Below are positions 38,252-50,631 of a stretch of 64,000 nt of DNA, in pieces. How positions within the stretch are numbered: position 1 is the stretch's first letter; the number at the start of each line of letters is the position of its first letter. The translations under genes and the position numbers were made by a program. A model generated the notes under the pieces. That model was not told the DNA's origin. It saw only the letters and a program-made list of their open reading frames with translations, and did no database searches. The DNA comes from an uncultured delta proteobacterium (GTDB lineage Bacteria; Desulfobacterota; Syntrophobacteria; BM002). The DNA lies in assembly GCA_963712115.1 (NCBI GenBank), contig CAVQGX010000030.1:170856-234855 (forward strand), given 5' to 3'.

Positions 38252-38288
38252 GGTAGACGGGAAAATCGCTTTACAAGGGGATTTGGTC

Positions 38289-38843
38289 ATGAAGGGTACA
38301 ACCATTTTGGTAGTTCGTCGTGGATCCCAAGTGGTGGTTGCAGGCGATGGACAGGTTACTGTGGGAGATACGGTTTTAAAACACCATGCCCGTAAGGTGC
38401 GCCGCCTTTACCAGGGAAAGGTTATAGCCGGATTCGCCGGTACTACCGCAGATGCCTTTACACTTTTCGAGCGATTTGAAGCCAAACTGGAACAATACAG
38501 TGGCAATTTGCGCAGAGCTGCAGTTGAACTGGCCAAAGACTGGCGTACAGACAGAATGCTTCGTCGCCTCGAGGCCTTGCTAGCCGCGGTGGACCAGGAC
38601 AACTCCCTGGTTATCTCGGGGAACGGCGACGTCATAGAACCGGATGACGGTATACTGGCCATTGGTTCGGGAGGCCCGCAAGCACTGGCCGCGGCCCGTG
38701 CTCTGTCGAGACACACCGACCTCAGTGCTCGGCAAATTGCCCAAGCGGCAATGGAGATCACAGCTGAAATCTGTGTTTACACCAACGACCATTTTGTTTT
38801 TGAGGAGCTCGCAGAAGGCAACGATGGAACTAATTCCACCTGA
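38289..38843 (+). CDS. hslV: ATP-dependent protease subunit HslV
   Basis: TTIL..AGDGQVT, GFAG, AIGSGG, ICVYTN. Confidence 0.97.
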   Translation: MKGTTILVVRRGSQVVVAGDGQVTVGDTVLKHHARKVRRLYQGKVIAGFAGTTADAFTLFERFEAKLEQYSGNLRRAAVELAKDWRTDRMLRRLEALLAAVDQDNSLVISGNGDVIEPDDGILAIGSGGPQALAAARALSRHTDLSARQIAQAAMEITAEICVYTNDHFVFEELAEGNDGTNST

Positions 38844-40191
38844 AATAGTCAAGGAACTAGACAAATATATTGTTGGCCAGAATGACGCCAAGCGGTCTGT
38901 AGCCATCGCCCTAAGAAACCGCTGGCGGCGGCAGCAGGTGCCAGAACATCTAAGGGACGAGATTGCCCCTAAAAATATCATCATGATTGGCCCGACAGGC
39001 GTGGGTAAAACTGAAATTGCCCGGCGTCTAGCTTCGCTGGCCAATTCACCTTTTCTCAAAGTTGAAGCCTCCAAATTTACCGAAGTGGGATATGTGGGAC
39101 GTGACGTAGAGTCCATGATTCGTGATCTCTGCGAACTTTCAGTCAATATGGTCAGGGGTGAAGAACAAGAACAGGTGATGGCCAGGGCGGCTGAGATCGC
39201 GGAAGAAAAGACCCTAGATATTTTACTTCCGGGCGAAAGAGACCAAGAGTACCCAGCCGAGGCTGGTTTTAATACGGCTGCCCAAACTGATCAAGTTGAG
39301 GCGAAAACTGTTTCAGGAACTCGGGAGAAACTTCGCCGGCTGTTGCGGGAAGGGCGGTTTGACCAACGTTTTGTTGACTTGGAGGTGAGCGATAGAAGTC
39401 ACCCCATGATCGAAATCTTCAGTAGTGCGGGGCTGGAGGAAATGGACATCAACTTGCGGGAAATGTTGGGTAACGTGATGCCTCGCCGCACCAAGCGACG
39501 CAAGGTTAAAGTCCCTGAGGCGCTGGAAATTTTGACCCAGGAAGAAGCCCAGCGGTTGATCGACATGGACAAAGTAATCAAATTGGCCATTGAAAGGGTA
39601 GAACATTCGGGCATTATCTTTCTCGATGAAATAGACAAAATAGCTTCCAGGGAGAGTACTAGGGGTCCTGACGTCTCGCGGGAAGGAGTCCAGCGTGATC
39701 TGCTGCCCATTGTGGAGGGTTCAACGGTCAACACCAAGTACGGAATGGTACGAACCGATCACATTCTCTTTATTGCTTCCGGGGCATTTCACGCCTCCAA
39801 ACCAGCAGATCTTATTCCAGAACTTCAGGGACGATTCCCCATTAGAGTGGAACTGGATCCATTGGGAAAGGAGGAATTTGTCCGCATTTTGAAAGAGCCG
39901 GAAAATGCTTTGACCATACAGTATGAAGCGTTAATGGACACAGAAGGTATTGAGCTCATTTTCCAGGAGGATGCTATCGATGAGCTTGCCCAAATAGCCC
40001 ATGACGTCAACTCTCGCACAGAGAACATTGGGGCCAGGCGGCTTCACACGGTGATGGAGCGACTCCTGGATGAGGTTTCCTTTAACGCCCACGAGTTGAA
40101 GGGGCAGCAGATCCTGATAACCAGAAAGTATGTACAGGAAAAACTTCAGGAAATCGTCAAGGACGAAGATCTGAGCCGGTACATCCTGTAG
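38824..40191 (+). CDS. hslU: ATP-dependent protease ATPase HslU
   Basis: [41 protein letters not shown]. Confidence 0.98.
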   Translation: MELIPPEIVKELDKYIVGQNDAKRSVAIALRNRWRRQQVPEHLRDEIAPKNIIMIGPTGVGKTEIARRLASLANSPFLKVEASKFTEVGYVGRDVESMIRDLCELSVNMVRGEEQEQVMARAAEIAEEKTLDILLPGERDQEYPAEAGFNTAAQTDQVEAKTVSGTREKLRRLLREGRFDQRFVDLEVSDRSHPMIEIFSSAGLEEMDINLREMLGNVMPRRTKRRKVKVPEALEILTQEEAQRLIDMDKVIKLAIERVEHSGIIFLDEIDKIASRESTRGPDVSREGVQRDLLPIVEGSTVNTKYGMVRTDHILFIASGAFHASKPADLIPELQGRFPIRVELDPLGKEEFVRILKEPENALTIQYEALMDTEGIELIFQEDAIDELAQIAHDVNSRTENIGARRLHTVMERLLDEVSFNAHELKGQQILITRKYVQEKLQEIVKDEDLSRYIL

Positions 40192-40196
40192 TTATC

Positions 40197-41248
<1,052 letters not shown>

Positions 41249-41299
41249 TCGAAAGACACGGCGAGGCGGGGAGAAGCACTCAGAGATCGGAAGTCGGAC

Positions 41300-41419
41300 G
41301 TCAGAGGTCAGCAAGTCAAATCGTCAACTTGTCGAATAGTCAAATGGTTATGAATCGCCTTAATGACGAATTAACGATTTGACCAATCGACCAATCGACG
41401 AATTAACGAACTAACGGTT
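41300..41419 (+). repeat. 120-bp composite repeat unit, identical to 54792-54911
   Basis: gtcagaggtcagcaagtcaaatcg ... gaactaacggtt matches base for base by eye. Confidence 0.9.
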
Positions 41420-41517
41420 CTAACGATTTGAACGATTTCAGCGATTTCAACGATTTACTGCTTACCGCTTACCGCTTACGAAAACGAATAGGCGCTATGC
41501 GGAGTTCAAAGGTACCT

Positions 41518-42711
41518 ATGGACAGACAAAATCTCATGCATCAATCGCAAAATCATATTTGCCAGACCTATAATCGCTACAACCTGGCCATTGCCCGTGG
41601 AAGCGGCTGCTATCTATGGGACCAGGAAGGCCGAGAATATCTAGACTTCGTTGCTGGCATTGCCGTGTGCAATCTGGGACACTGCCCGATGGAGATTTCC
41701 CGGGTGATGTATGAGCAGGCGCAGCAGTTGGTGCACGTCTCAAACCTTTACTACACGGAACCCCAGGTCAGATTGGCCGAAGCCCTTACTGGCAGTTGTT
41801 TTGCAGATAAAGTATTTTTTTGTAACAGTGGGGCCGAGGCTAATGAGGCAGCTATCAAGCTGGCACGGAAATACTCGCGGAAAGGTTATGGCCCTGGCCG
41901 CTACGGTATCATCACCATGAAGAATTCCTTCCATGGACGCACCCTGGCCACGCTTTCTGCCACCGGGCAGCAAAAGATTCAGGAAGGATTCGAACCTTTG
42001 GTTGACGGCTTTCGCTACGTGGATTTCGATAGCGTAAATGCGGTGGCTGAAGCCATTGATAAAACAGTCTGTGCAGTGCTGGTTGAACCCATTCAAGGAG
42101 AAGGGGGAGTCCGCGTTCCCCACGGGAAGTATTTAGAAGGTCTGCGAGAACTCTGTACAAGGCATGACCTGCTCCTCATTTACGACGAAATTCAAGTGGG
42201 AATGGGAAGAACGGGAAAGCTCTTCTCTCACCAGCACGAAGGTGTAACCCCGGACATCATGACTTTGGCCAAAGCACTGGCGAATGGCATGCCAATTGGC
42301 GCAATGCTCACCATTGATAAAGTGGCAGAGGCCTTCGGCCCGGGTAGTCACGCCAGTACTTTCGGGGGTACACCATTGGTTACGGCAGTGGGTTTAGAGG
42401 TCTTTCGGCAAATCAGTGCTGCATCTTTTCTGGAAGAGGTTCGGAGTGTTGGGGAGTACTTCCAGGAGCGCTTGCTGGCCCTTCAGGAAAAGTATCCTTT
42501 TATTAGAGAGGTAAGAGGCCGCGGACTCATTTTGGGGATCGAACTTGATTTCCCGGGGAGTGAGGTTGTGGCCCAATGTCAGGAGAGAGGTGTTCTGATT
42601 AATTGCACCGCAGAAAAAGTACTCCGTTTTTTGCCTCCACTGATAGTGACCTCCACAGAAGTGGATCGTCTAATTGAGACCATGGAAAGCATTTTCAGGC
42701 AGAAGCATTAA
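41518..42711 (+). CDS. argD: Acetylornithine aminotransferase
   Basis: NSGAEANEAAIK, SFHGRT, EPIQGEGG, DEIQVGMGRTG, TLAKAL; start inferred. Confidence 0.95.
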   Translation: MDRQNLMHQSQNHICQTYNRYNLAIARGSGCYLWDQEGREYLDFVAGIAVCNLGHCPMEISRVMYEQAQQLVHVSNLYYTEPQVRLAEALTGSCFADKVFFCNSGAEANEAAIKLARKYSRKGYGPGRYGIITMKNSFHGRTLATLSATGQQKIQEGFEPLVDGFRYVDFDSVNAVAEAIDKTVCAVLVEPIQGEGGVRVPHGKYLEGLRELCTRHDLLLIYDEIQVGMGRTGKLFSHQHEGVTPDIMTLAKALANGMPIGAMLTIDKVAEAFGPGSHASTFGGTPLVTAVGLEVFRQISAASFLEEVRSVGEYFQERLLALQEKYPFIREVRGRGLILGIELDFPGSEVVAQCQERGVLINCTAEKVLRFLPPLIVTSTEVDRLIETMESIFRQKH

Positions 42712-42852
42712 TTTTGTCTGACACCCAGATTTAGAGAGAAACCTATTGGTGACGTTGAGTTAAGCGTCTTCTTTGTTTCAAAGACAAGAAGCACAAGAGG
42801 CAAGTATTACGAAACGCACGCGCTATGCGCTAGGCGAACTCGGTAAGTAGCC

Positions 42853-43767
42853 ATGAAAAGAGATTTCTTAACCATCCTGGACTTAAGCTTCGAGGAAATT
42901 GACGCTCTCTTGAGACGGGCGTCAACTCTTAAGGAAGATTTAAGAAAGGACGTGCTCAAACCCACGCTAAGGGGGAAAACCTTGGGGCTTATTTTTGACA
43001 AGCCCTCGACCCGCACCAGAGTATCCTTTGAGGTTGCCATGTACCAACTGGGCGGCAGGGTAATTTTTATGAGTTCGCATGACACTCAGCTTTCCCGGGA
43101 CGAGCCTCTGCGGGATACCGCCTTGGTTCTTTCCCGCTATATAGACGGTTTGGTAGTTCGAACCTTTGAGGATGCTGATTTACAGGAACTGGCAAGACAT
43201 GCCGAGATCCCAGTTATTAACGGTCTCACCGACCTCTACCATCCCTGTCAGGTAATGGGTGACATCCTGACCATACAGGAGAAAAAGGGTGACCTCAAAT
43301 CACTGCGAATAGCTTGGGTGGGTGATGGCAACAACGTGGCACACTCTTGGATAAATGCTGCGGCCCGCTTGCCTTTCAAATTATCTCTTGCTTGTCCACC
43401 GGGATATGAACCAAAAAAAGAGATTCTGGAAACGGCGAAAAAATTGGCCGGAGAAAGAATAATTTGCGGAAATGATCCACTGGAGGCGGTGAGAGATGCA
43501 GATGTTATAAACACAGACGTTTGGACAAGTATGGGGCAGGATGAGGAAAGACGAGAGCGGTTGGCTGCTTTTCAAGGCTACCAAATCAATGGCGATCTAC
43601 TGAGAAATGCCAAGTCCGACGCTATCGTTTTGCACTGTTTACCTGCCCACCGCGGCGAAGAAATCACTGATGAGGTGATGGACGGGCCAAACTCGGCTAT
43701 ATTTGATCAAGCAGAGAACCGCATGCACTTGCAGCGGGCCCTTCTCGATTGGCTGCTGCGTGCATAG
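42853..43767 (+). CDS. argF: Ornithine carbamoyltransferase
   Basis: STRTR, HPCQ, DVWTSMG, HCLPAHRG. Confidence 0.97.
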   Translation: MKRDFLTILDLSFEEIDALLRRASTLKEDLRKDVLKPTLRGKTLGLIFDKPSTRTRVSFEVAMYQLGGRVIFMSSHDTQLSRDEPLRDTALVLSRYIDGLVVRTFEDADLQELARHAEIPVINGLTDLYHPCQVMGDILTIQEKKGDLKSLRIAWVGDGNNVAHSWINAAARLPFKLSLACPPGYEPKKEILETAKKLAGERIICGNDPLEAVRDADVINTDVWTSMGQDEERRERLAAFQGYQINGDLLRNAKSDAIVLHCLPAHRGEEITDEVMDGPNSAIFDQAENRMHLQRALLDWLLRA

Positions 43768-43916
43768 TAGTCAAATCCTCAATTGGTCAGTCGGTCAAAT
43801 TGTCGAGTGGTCGATTGGTCGAATAGTCAAATAGTCGATCCGTCTCACAATGTGCCCAACTATACAATCGACGATTTGACCAATTTACTATACTAATTGA
43901 CGATTCGACTAATTGC
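43768..43916. repeat. Octamer inverted arms (GTC(A/G)AAT(A/G) / ATT(T/C)GAC) starting at the argF stop
   Basis: About nine left units and about eight right units. Confidence 0.85.
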
Positions 43917-43945
43917 CCAATAACTGCAGTGTGGAGGAAATAAAA

Positions 43946-45160
43946 TTGTCTGAAAAAGTACGAAAGGTAGTTCTAGCCTACTCGGGTGGCTTGGATACCT
44001 CTATAATCCTCAAGTGGCTATTAGAAGAGTACGAATGCGAAGTCATAGCCTTTGCCGCCGATTTGGGCCAGGGGGACGATCTCGCAACCGTCAGGCAAAA
44101 GGCCTTGGCCACGGGGGCCAGTAAAGTAGTTGTCGAGGATCTGCGAGAGGAATTCGTTCGGGACTACGTGTTTCCGGCCTTCAGGGCCAATGCCATCTAT
44201 GAGGGACATTACCTCCTGGGCACCTCCCTTGCTCGTCCCCTTATCGCCAAAAGGCAGGTGGCGCTGGCTGAGGCTGAAGGGGCAGATGCTGTAAGTCATG
44301 GAGCAACCGGCAAAGGTAATGACCAGGTAAGATTCGAGCTTAGTTACGCTGCCCTCAATCCAAAGCTCAAGATTATCGCGCCCTGGCGGCAATGGCAGCT
44401 CAAATCCCGCCAGGATTTGCTGGAATTCGCGCAAAAACATGGCATCCAGGTACCAGTGACGCCTGAGAAACCTTACAGCATGGACGGGAATCTCCTCCAC
44501 CTTTCATACGAAGGTGGTGTGCTAGAAGACCCCTGGCTCGAGCCGGAACCGGAGATGTTCATGATGACAGTCGCTCCGGAAGCTGCTCCAGACGAACCTC
44601 GATATGTGGAGATCGATTTTGAGCGGGGCAATCCTGTAGCCGTGGATGGCAAGCCTCTTGCCTGCGCGGATATCCTTGCTGCTCTAAATGAACTTGGCGG
44701 GGCCAACGGCATTGGCAGGGTGGATCTCGTGGAAAATCGGTTTGTGGGGATCAAGTCGCGGGGAGTTTATGAGACGCCAGGGGGTACAATTCTTCGGATG
44801 GCGCACCAGGCAGTTGAATCCATCACCATGGATCGCGAGGTGCTGCATCTGCGTGACAGTCTAGTTCCCAGATATTCGAGTATGATCTACAACGGCTTCT
44901 GGTTTTCACCAGAGATGCAATTACTTCAGGAAACTATGGATGCTGCCCAGGAAAATGTATGGGGTAGGGCACGACTCAAGCTTTACAAGGGCTCGTGCCA
45001 AGTGGTGGGTAGAAAATCTTCCCGATCTCTTTATCAGCCTGAATACGCGACTTTTGAGGAGGATACGGTCTACGATCAAAGCGACGCAGACGGTTTTATA
45101 AAACTCCTGGGACTACGGTTGCGCTTACAGGCTCTACAGCGCAAAGCGCAAGGCGCATAG
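43946..45160 (+). CDS. argG: Argininosuccinate synthase
   Basis: [31 protein letters not shown]; TTG start after ggagg. Confidence 0.97.
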   Translation: MSEKVRKVVLAYSGGLDTSIILKWLLEEYECEVIAFAADLGQGDDLATVRQKALATGASKVVVEDLREEFVRDYVFPAFRANAIYEGHYLLGTSLARPLIAKRQVALAEAEGADAVSHGATGKGNDQVRFELSYAALNPKLKIIAPWRQWQLKSRQDLLEFAQKHGIQVPVTPEKPYSMDGNLLHLSYEGGVLEDPWLEPEPEMFMMTVAPEAAPDEPRYVEIDFERGNPVAVDGKPLACADILAALNELGGANGIGRVDLVENRFVGIKSRGVYETPGGTILRMAHQAVESITMDREVLHLRDSLVPRYSSMIYNGFWFSPEMQLLQETMDAAQENVWGRARLKLYKGSCQVVGRKSSRSLYQPEYATFEEDTVYDQSDADGFIKLLGLRLRLQALQRKAQGA

Positions 45161-45298
45161 CGCTTTGCGCAGCGAGAGGAGAGGTCGTGCGAGACGGGAG
45201 GTCGTGGGTTAAAAGGATTCTATGATTTTCGTCTCGCTCTTCTCGCCCGTCTCGCAAATTGCTTGTGTAGCTCACAATTAAATAAATAGGATGCAATA

Positions 45299-46678
45299 AT
45301 GGCTGGAAAGCTATGGCAGGGTCGGTTTCGAGAAGGGACCAGCAAGCTGGTTGAAAGTTTTACCGCCTCCATCAGGTTCGACCAGCGTCTCTACCGTTAC
45401 GATATCGAAGGTAGTATGGCTCATTGCAGGATGTTGTCCCGGCAGGGGCTTCTAAGTCGTGAAGAGGAAGATACCCTCATTCAAGGTCTGGGGGAAATCC
45501 TACGGGAGATCGAGCGTGGTAGTTTCGTTTTCGACGAGGCCCAGGAAGACGTGCACATGGCCATTGAGCAACTTCTCATTGAGAAAGTAGGTGAAGTTGG
45601 AGGTAAGCTCCACACAGGCCGCAGTCGAAACGATCAGGTAGCACTGGATATCCGCCTCTTTCTCAGAGACGAAATTAAGGGTGCCGACGAGGACATAAAG
45701 GATCTGCAAGGCAGCCTGGTTGAACAGGCCAAGGCCAATTTAGGTACAGTCATGCCCGGATTCACCCATCTGCAGCATGCCCAACCGGTGCTCTTTTCCC
45801 ATCACCTTATGGCTTACTATGAAATGCTCAGACGAGATCGGCAGAGGCTTTCTGCTTGTTTGGGCAGGGTTGATGTCTCTCCCCTTGGCAGTGCTGCCCT
45901 GGCGGGGACTTCTCTTCCCATCGACAGCAAGATAACCGCTGAGTTGCTTGCTTTTCCGGCCCTAAGCCGCAACAGCATCGATGCAGTGAGCGACAGAGAT
46001 TTCATAATCGAATTTACCTCAGCTGCTGCCCTGATCATGATGCACTTGAGCCGAATGTGTGAAGAGCTTATTCTATGGTGTTCTACAGAGTTCGACTATA
46101 TCGAGCTTTCGGAGAGTTTCTGCACGGGTTCCAGCATTATGCCTCAGAAGAAGAATCCGGATGTTCCTGAGCTGGTTAGGGGAAAAAGCGGCAGGGTCTA
46201 CGGCCACCTGATGAGCTTGCTTACGGTGATGAAGGGATTGCCCCTGGCTTACAATCGTGATCTCCAGGAAGACAAGGAACCGCTGTTTGATACAGTGGAT
46301 ACAGTGCGTCAGAGCCTGAGAATTTTAGCGCGACTTTGGGAACACGTTACACTAAACAAAGAGCGGATGGAAAAGATGGCATCCTCCGGGTTCACCTTGG
46401 CCACCGATGTGGCCGAATACCTGGTGATCAGAGGAATGGGGTTTCGCCAAGCACATAGGGTAGTAGGAAAAATGGTGCGATACTGTCTGGAGGAGAGCAA
46501 GGAACTGGAGGAAATGACTCTACAGGAGTTCAAGGGATTTGCCTCAGTGATCTCCGAGGATATCTATAATATATTGAACTTGAAAAATTCTGTGGACAGC
46601 CGGAACTCCGTGGGAGGTACCTCGCTGCAGCAGGTGCGGGAAGCAATCACCCGTGCAGAGGAAGAGCTGAGTTCATGA
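45299..46678 (+). CDS. argH: Argininosuccinate lyase
   Basis: KLWQGRF, HTGRSRNDQ, GSSIMPQKKNPD. Confidence 0.98.
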   Translation: MAGKLWQGRFREGTSKLVESFTASIRFDQRLYRYDIEGSMAHCRMLSRQGLLSREEEDTLIQGLGEILREIERGSFVFDEAQEDVHMAIEQLLIEKVGEVGGKLHTGRSRNDQVALDIRLFLRDEIKGADEDIKDLQGSLVEQAKANLGTVMPGFTHLQHAQPVLFSHHLMAYYEMLRRDRQRLSACLGRVDVSPLGSAALAGTSLPIDSKITAELLAFPALSRNSIDAVSDRDFIIEFTSAAALIMMHLSRMCEELILWCSTEFDYIELSESFCTGSSIMPQKKNPDVPELVRGKSGRVYGHLMSLLTVMKGLPLAYNRDLQEDKEPLFDTVDTVRQSLRILARLWEHVTLNKERMEKMASSGFTLATDVAEYLVIRGMGFRQAHRVVGKMVRYCLEESKELEEMTLQEFKGFASVISEDIYNILNLKNSVDSRNSVGGTSLQQVREAITRAEEELSS

Positions 46679-47112
46679 CAAGAAGGAGGCTGTGGCCGCA
46701 TTCATCGGTTTTCATTGTCTTGTGTTGCCTTGGACTATTATTGGGTGGTTGCGGGAAAAAGGGGCCACCCAAACCGCCGCGCCAAGAGGAACTGCCGAAA
46801 GTGAATAATCTTCAGGCAGTTGCTGTTGATACAGGGGTTAAACTGACCTGGACCATGGACTCAAGCGATGAGGACGCGGCCGGATTTAACGTTTATCGCA
46901 GCAAGGTCCTGCCAGAAATAAGCGACTGTCCGGGCTGCACACGGGACTTTGAGGTTATCGCCACTATCAGAGTGAAATCGGGTGAGACCCGCTTTCAATT
47001 AGTTGATCAATATGTCGAGGGCAAGGGTAGGTTCTATTACAAGGTAACACCCTTCGACAAACAGGATCGTCCCGGACCCGATTCCAATGAGTCCAGGGTT
47101 TTTATTGAATAG
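46675..47112 (+). CDS. Lipoprotein (CGKKGPP) with an FnIII-like domain
   Basis: Lipobox LLGGC-GKKGPPKPP; LTW, GFNVYRS, CxxC, YYKV. Confidence 0.75.
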   Translation: MTRRRLWPHSSVFIVLCCLGLLLGGCGKKGPPKPPRQEELPKVNNLQAVAVDTGVKLTWTMDSSDEDAAGFNVYRSKVLPEISDCPGCTRDFEVIATIRVKSGETRFQLVDQYVEGKGRFYYKVTPFDKQDRPGPDSNESRVFIE

Positions 47113-47128
47113 CGCCTTGCGTTTTTAC

Positions 47129-47209
47129 GAGTAAGCAGTAAGCAGTAAACGGTAAGCGGTTATTACGAAGCAACAAGACTGCTTACTGCTCACTGCTTAC
47201 CGCTTACCC
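47129..47209. repeat. GCAGTAA / TTAC(T/C)GC heptamer inverted arms
   Basis: gtaagcagtaagcagtaaacggtaagcggt ... actgcttactgctcactgcttaccgcttac. Confidence 0.85.
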
Positions 47210-47285
47210 CGCTTTGCGATCAGCGGCTTCTTAACAACTTGAAGTCACGAATTACTCGCCCTGCGAACTATTTGAAGGACTAGAA

Positions 47286-48545
47286 ATGCATCACTTCGAA
47301 TATCGAGAAGGAAGGCTTTACTGCGAACAAGTTTCCATTGAAACCATTGCCAGAGAAGTAGGCACACCCTTCTATTGTTACAGCCACGCCACTCTGAGTC
47401 GTCACTTTCGCGCCTTTGACAGCGCCTTCGCCGAAGTTGATCATCTCACCTGTTTCTCGGTCAAATCTTGTTCGAATATCGCCATACTCAATCTTTTTGC
47501 TTCCATGGGGGCGGGCATGGACATCGTCTCCGGAGGCGAACTCTACCGGGCTTTGAAAGCAGGTGTACCCGCTGAAAAGATTGTTTTTTCCGGGGTAGGT
47601 AAGACCGAAGATGAACTAGTTTACGGGCTCGAGAGCGGCATCTTGATGTTTAACCTGGAATCACCCCAAGAGATGTTCTTTTTGAACGACTGTGCTGCCC
47701 GCTTGGGTCGCCGTGCCCCCATTGCCATCCGGGTGAATCCGGATGTGGATCCCAAAACCCATCCTTATATTTCCACTGGTTTGAGGGAAAACAAATTCGG
47801 CATCGACCTTGATATGTCTGAATCCATGTATGCCCAGGCCAAAGAAATGTCCAATTTGGAGGTGATTGGGGTTGGCTGCCACATTGGTTCACAGCTCACA
47901 GAGGTTTCCCCTTTTCTGGACACTATTAAGCGGTTGAGGCTACTAATCGATCGGCTAAGAAAGCAGGACGTAAACATTAGATATCTCGACCTTGGCGGCG
48001 GCTTGGGCATCACCTACTCTGAGGAAGCTCCTCCCCACCCAAGGGAGTACGCTAGGTCGCTCCTGGCGGAGGTCGATGGCATTGATTGTACCTTGATTTT
48101 TGAACCGGGCCGCGTTATTGTGGGTAACGCTGGCACTCTAATCACCCGGGTTTTATACACAAAAGCAGGGCCGGTCAAAAATTTTCTTGTGGTTGATGCC
48201 GGCATGAATGACCTGGTTCGACCCAGCCTATACGGCTCCTATCACCACATCCAACCAGTGGTTGACCATAGGCGACCGCAACTGACTGCTGATGTGGTGG
48301 GGCCTATCTGCGAAACCGGTGACTTTCTCGCTCGTGATCGCAGCCTCCCACAGGTTGAACCCGGAGAACTGCTGGCTGTGATGAGCGCAGGCGCATATGG
48401 TTTTGCCATGTCTTCCAACTACAACTCTAGGCCCAGACCGGCAGAGATTTTGGTCCGGGATGACAAGTTCGAAGTAATACGCTCGAGGGAAACCTACGAC
48501 GACCTATTAAAGGGAGAGCGGCTGCCCGATTTTCTCCGTTTATGA
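47286..48545 (+). CDS. lysA: Diaminopimelate decarboxylase
   Basis: FSVKS, DIVSGGEL, HIGSQ, DLGGG, EPGR, GPICETGD, SNYN. Confidence 0.97.
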   Translation: MHHFEYREGRLYCEQVSIETIAREVGTPFYCYSHATLSRHFRAFDSAFAEVDHLTCFSVKSCSNIAILNLFASMGAGMDIVSGGELYRALKAGVPAEKIVFSGVGKTEDELVYGLESGILMFNLESPQEMFFLNDCAARLGRRAPIAIRVNPDVDPKTHPYISTGLRENKFGIDLDMSESMYAQAKEMSNLEVIGVGCHIGSQLTEVSPFLDTIKRLRLLIDRLRKQDVNIRYLDLGGGLGITYSEEAPPHPREYARSLLAEVDGIDCTLIFEPGRVIVGNAGTLITRVLYTKAGPVKNFLVVDAGMNDLVRPSLYGSYHHIQPVVDHRRPQLTADVVGPICETGDFLARDRSLPQVEPGELLAVMSAGAYGFAMSSNYNSRPRPAEILVRDDKFEVIRSRETYDDLLKGERLPDFLRL

Positions 48546-49396
48546 ATCCAATGGAAAGAGCAATTGATTTTTACAAGATGAGCGGCAGCGGCAACGACTT
48601 TATTCTCGTTGACAATCGCGCCAACCTAATTGAAGCAGCGGTGGCCCCTGAATTGGCCCGTAAACTTTGTAGAAGGAAGGTATCTGTGGGGGCTGACGGT
48701 CTTATCCTCATTGAGAATGATGATGAAGTTGACTTCAGTTGGAATTTTTTCAATGCAGACGGGAGTAAGGCAGAGATGTGCGGCAATGGGGGAAGGTGCG
48801 TGGCCAGGCTCGCTAACATGTTGGGTATTTGTGGCTCAAGTCTCTCCTTCCGGACCCTTGCCGGGATCATCCGGGCAGAGGTCTCAGGAAGGCGGGTGAA
48901 GCTGCAAATGACCGAACCTCGCGATCTGAGGCTCGACCTGGAGCTAGAAGTCAACGGACAGAGGTTTAATACCCATTTCGTCAATACCGGCGTACCCCAC
49001 ACGGTTTTTATCCTTGACGGGCCTGAAATCCTTGCGCAACAGGAAGTTGTGGGACAGGGTCGCAAGGTTCGGTATCACTCCCAATTTGCACCTGCCGGAA
49101 CCAACGTAAACTTCGTTGCCGTGCTCGGCGAGCAGGAGCTTGCCATTCGGACTTACGAACGGGGGGTGGAGGACGAGACCCTTGCGTGTGGTACGGGCGC
49201 CACAGCCGTTGCCCTGGTTGGTGCGGCAAAGGGGATGGTAAAACCTCCTGTGGATGTCCAGACGAAAAGCGGAGAGACTCTCACCATTTACTTTGATCCT
49301 AGGAAGGAACTGCCACAGGAGGTTTACATGGAGGGTGAGACTAGGGTGATCTACCAGGGAAGACTCTCGGAAGAAGCTGTCCAGATTACATTGTAG
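48542..49396 (+). CDS. dapF: Diaminopimelate epimerase
   Basis: GSGNDF, EMCGNG, ERGVEDETLACGTG. Confidence 0.97.
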   Translation: MNPMERAIDFYKMSGSGNDFILVDNRANLIEAAVAPELARKLCRRKVSVGADGLILIENDDEVDFSWNFFNADGSKAEMCGNGGRCVARLANMLGICGSSLSFRTLAGIIRAEVSGRRVKLQMTEPRDLRLDLELEVNGQRFNTHFVNTGVPHTVFILDGPEILAQQEVVGQGRKVRYHSQFAPAGTNVNFVAVLGEQELAIRTYERGVEDETLACGTGATAVALVGAAKGMVKPPVDVQTKSGETLTIYFDPRKELPQEVYMEGETRVIYQGRLSEEAVQITL

Positions 49397-49453
49397 AGTT
49401 GATTGCTCGCCGCGGTTTCTCCAAAATTAGGTTGTAGGATACACCAGTTCTTA

Positions 49454-49481
49454 TTGACAATTCTCCACAAATTAGTAGATT
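49454..49481 (+). promoter_or_regulatory. Putative sigma70 promoter for dapA
   Basis: TTGACA-16 nt-TAGATT. Confidence 0.5.
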
Positions 49482-49606
49482 CTTTCATTTAGCTATCACA
49501 ATCCAGTATCGAGTATCCATTATCCAGTCCAGCATCTAGCATCCAGTAACTTGGAAACAAGAGCAAGGTACAACTTTCAAAGGATAGAAAAGCGAAGGAG
49601 GTTACC

Positions 49607-50482
49607 ATGTTTTCCGGAGTATTGCCCGCCATTGTCACCCCTTTTAAAAACGGTGAAGTGGACGAAGAAGGTCTGCGACAATTGATCGAATTTCAGATCG
49701 AAGATGGAGTTCACGGTATTGTTCCCTGCGGTACCACCGGTGAGTCGGCTACGCTCTCACACGAGGAACATGAGAGGGTGGTGGAAATCACGGTGGAGCA
49801 AGTGAAGGGACGAGTTCCAGTAGTCGCCGGGACCGGTTCCAACAATACCGCAGAGGCCGTAAGATTGACGGCCCATGCCAAAAAAGCTGGGGCTAACGGC
49901 GCGTTAATGATCAGCCCTTACTACAACAAGCCTACCCAGGAGGGCATTTATCAGCACTACAAGAAAGTGGCTGAAGAGGTAGATATTCCCATCATCATTT
50001 ATAACATCCCGGGACGTACGGCCAGCAACATTGAGCCCACTACTTTTGCTCGCCTCGCAGAGTTTAAAAATATTGTCGGGGTTAAAGAGGCTAGCGGTTC
50101 AATGAAACAAATTACCGATATTATACGGCTTTGTGGACCTGAGTTTACCGTTCTTTCCGGTGAGGACTTTCTTACCTATCCCTTGATGGCCGTGGGCGGC
50201 AAAGGGGTTATTTGCGTGGTGGCGAATATTGTGCCGCGAGACATGTCTGACTTGTGCAACCTTCTCTTGGCTGGCGATTTCGACAAAGGCCGTGAGCTTT
50301 ACTATCGTCTTCTTCCTCTCTGCCACTCTATGTTCATCGAGACCAACCCGGCACCGGTGAAAGCGGCCCTTGCGATGATGGGTAAGATTTCCTCTGCGGA
50401 GGTGCGATTGCCTCTGGCCCAAATGTCGGACGATAATCTGGCGAAACTTCGCAAGGCTTTAAGAGATTACGGGGTACTCTAG
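49607..50482 (+). CDS. dapA: 4-hydroxy-tetrahydrodipicolinate synthase
   Basis: CGTTGES, PYYNKP, YNIPGRT, GVKEASG, ETNP. Confidence 0.97.
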   Translation: MFSGVLPAIVTPFKNGEVDEEGLRQLIEFQIEDGVHGIVPCGTTGESATLSHEEHERVVEITVEQVKGRVPVVAGTGSNNTAEAVRLTAHAKKAGANGALMISPYYNKPTQEGIYQHYKKVAEEVDIPIIIYNIPGRTASNIEPTTFARLAEFKNIVGVKEASGSMKQITDIIRLCGPEFTVLSGEDFLTYPLMAVGGKGVICVVANIVPRDMSDLCNLLLAGDFDKGRELYYRLLPLCHSMFIETNPAPVKAALAMMGKISSAEVRLPLAQMSDDNLAKLRKALRDYGVL

Positions 50483-50631
50483 TCTGCCGCTTGCAGACCG
50501 CATAGCGCACAGGGAAGAAACGACACGGAGGAGGGGCGAGACGGAGATATTGCTGCGATTAGTTCGACATCGTCTCATCTCCGCATCACCGTTTCTCCGC
50601 GTCCGTTTTCGAACAATGGGGGGTAATAGCC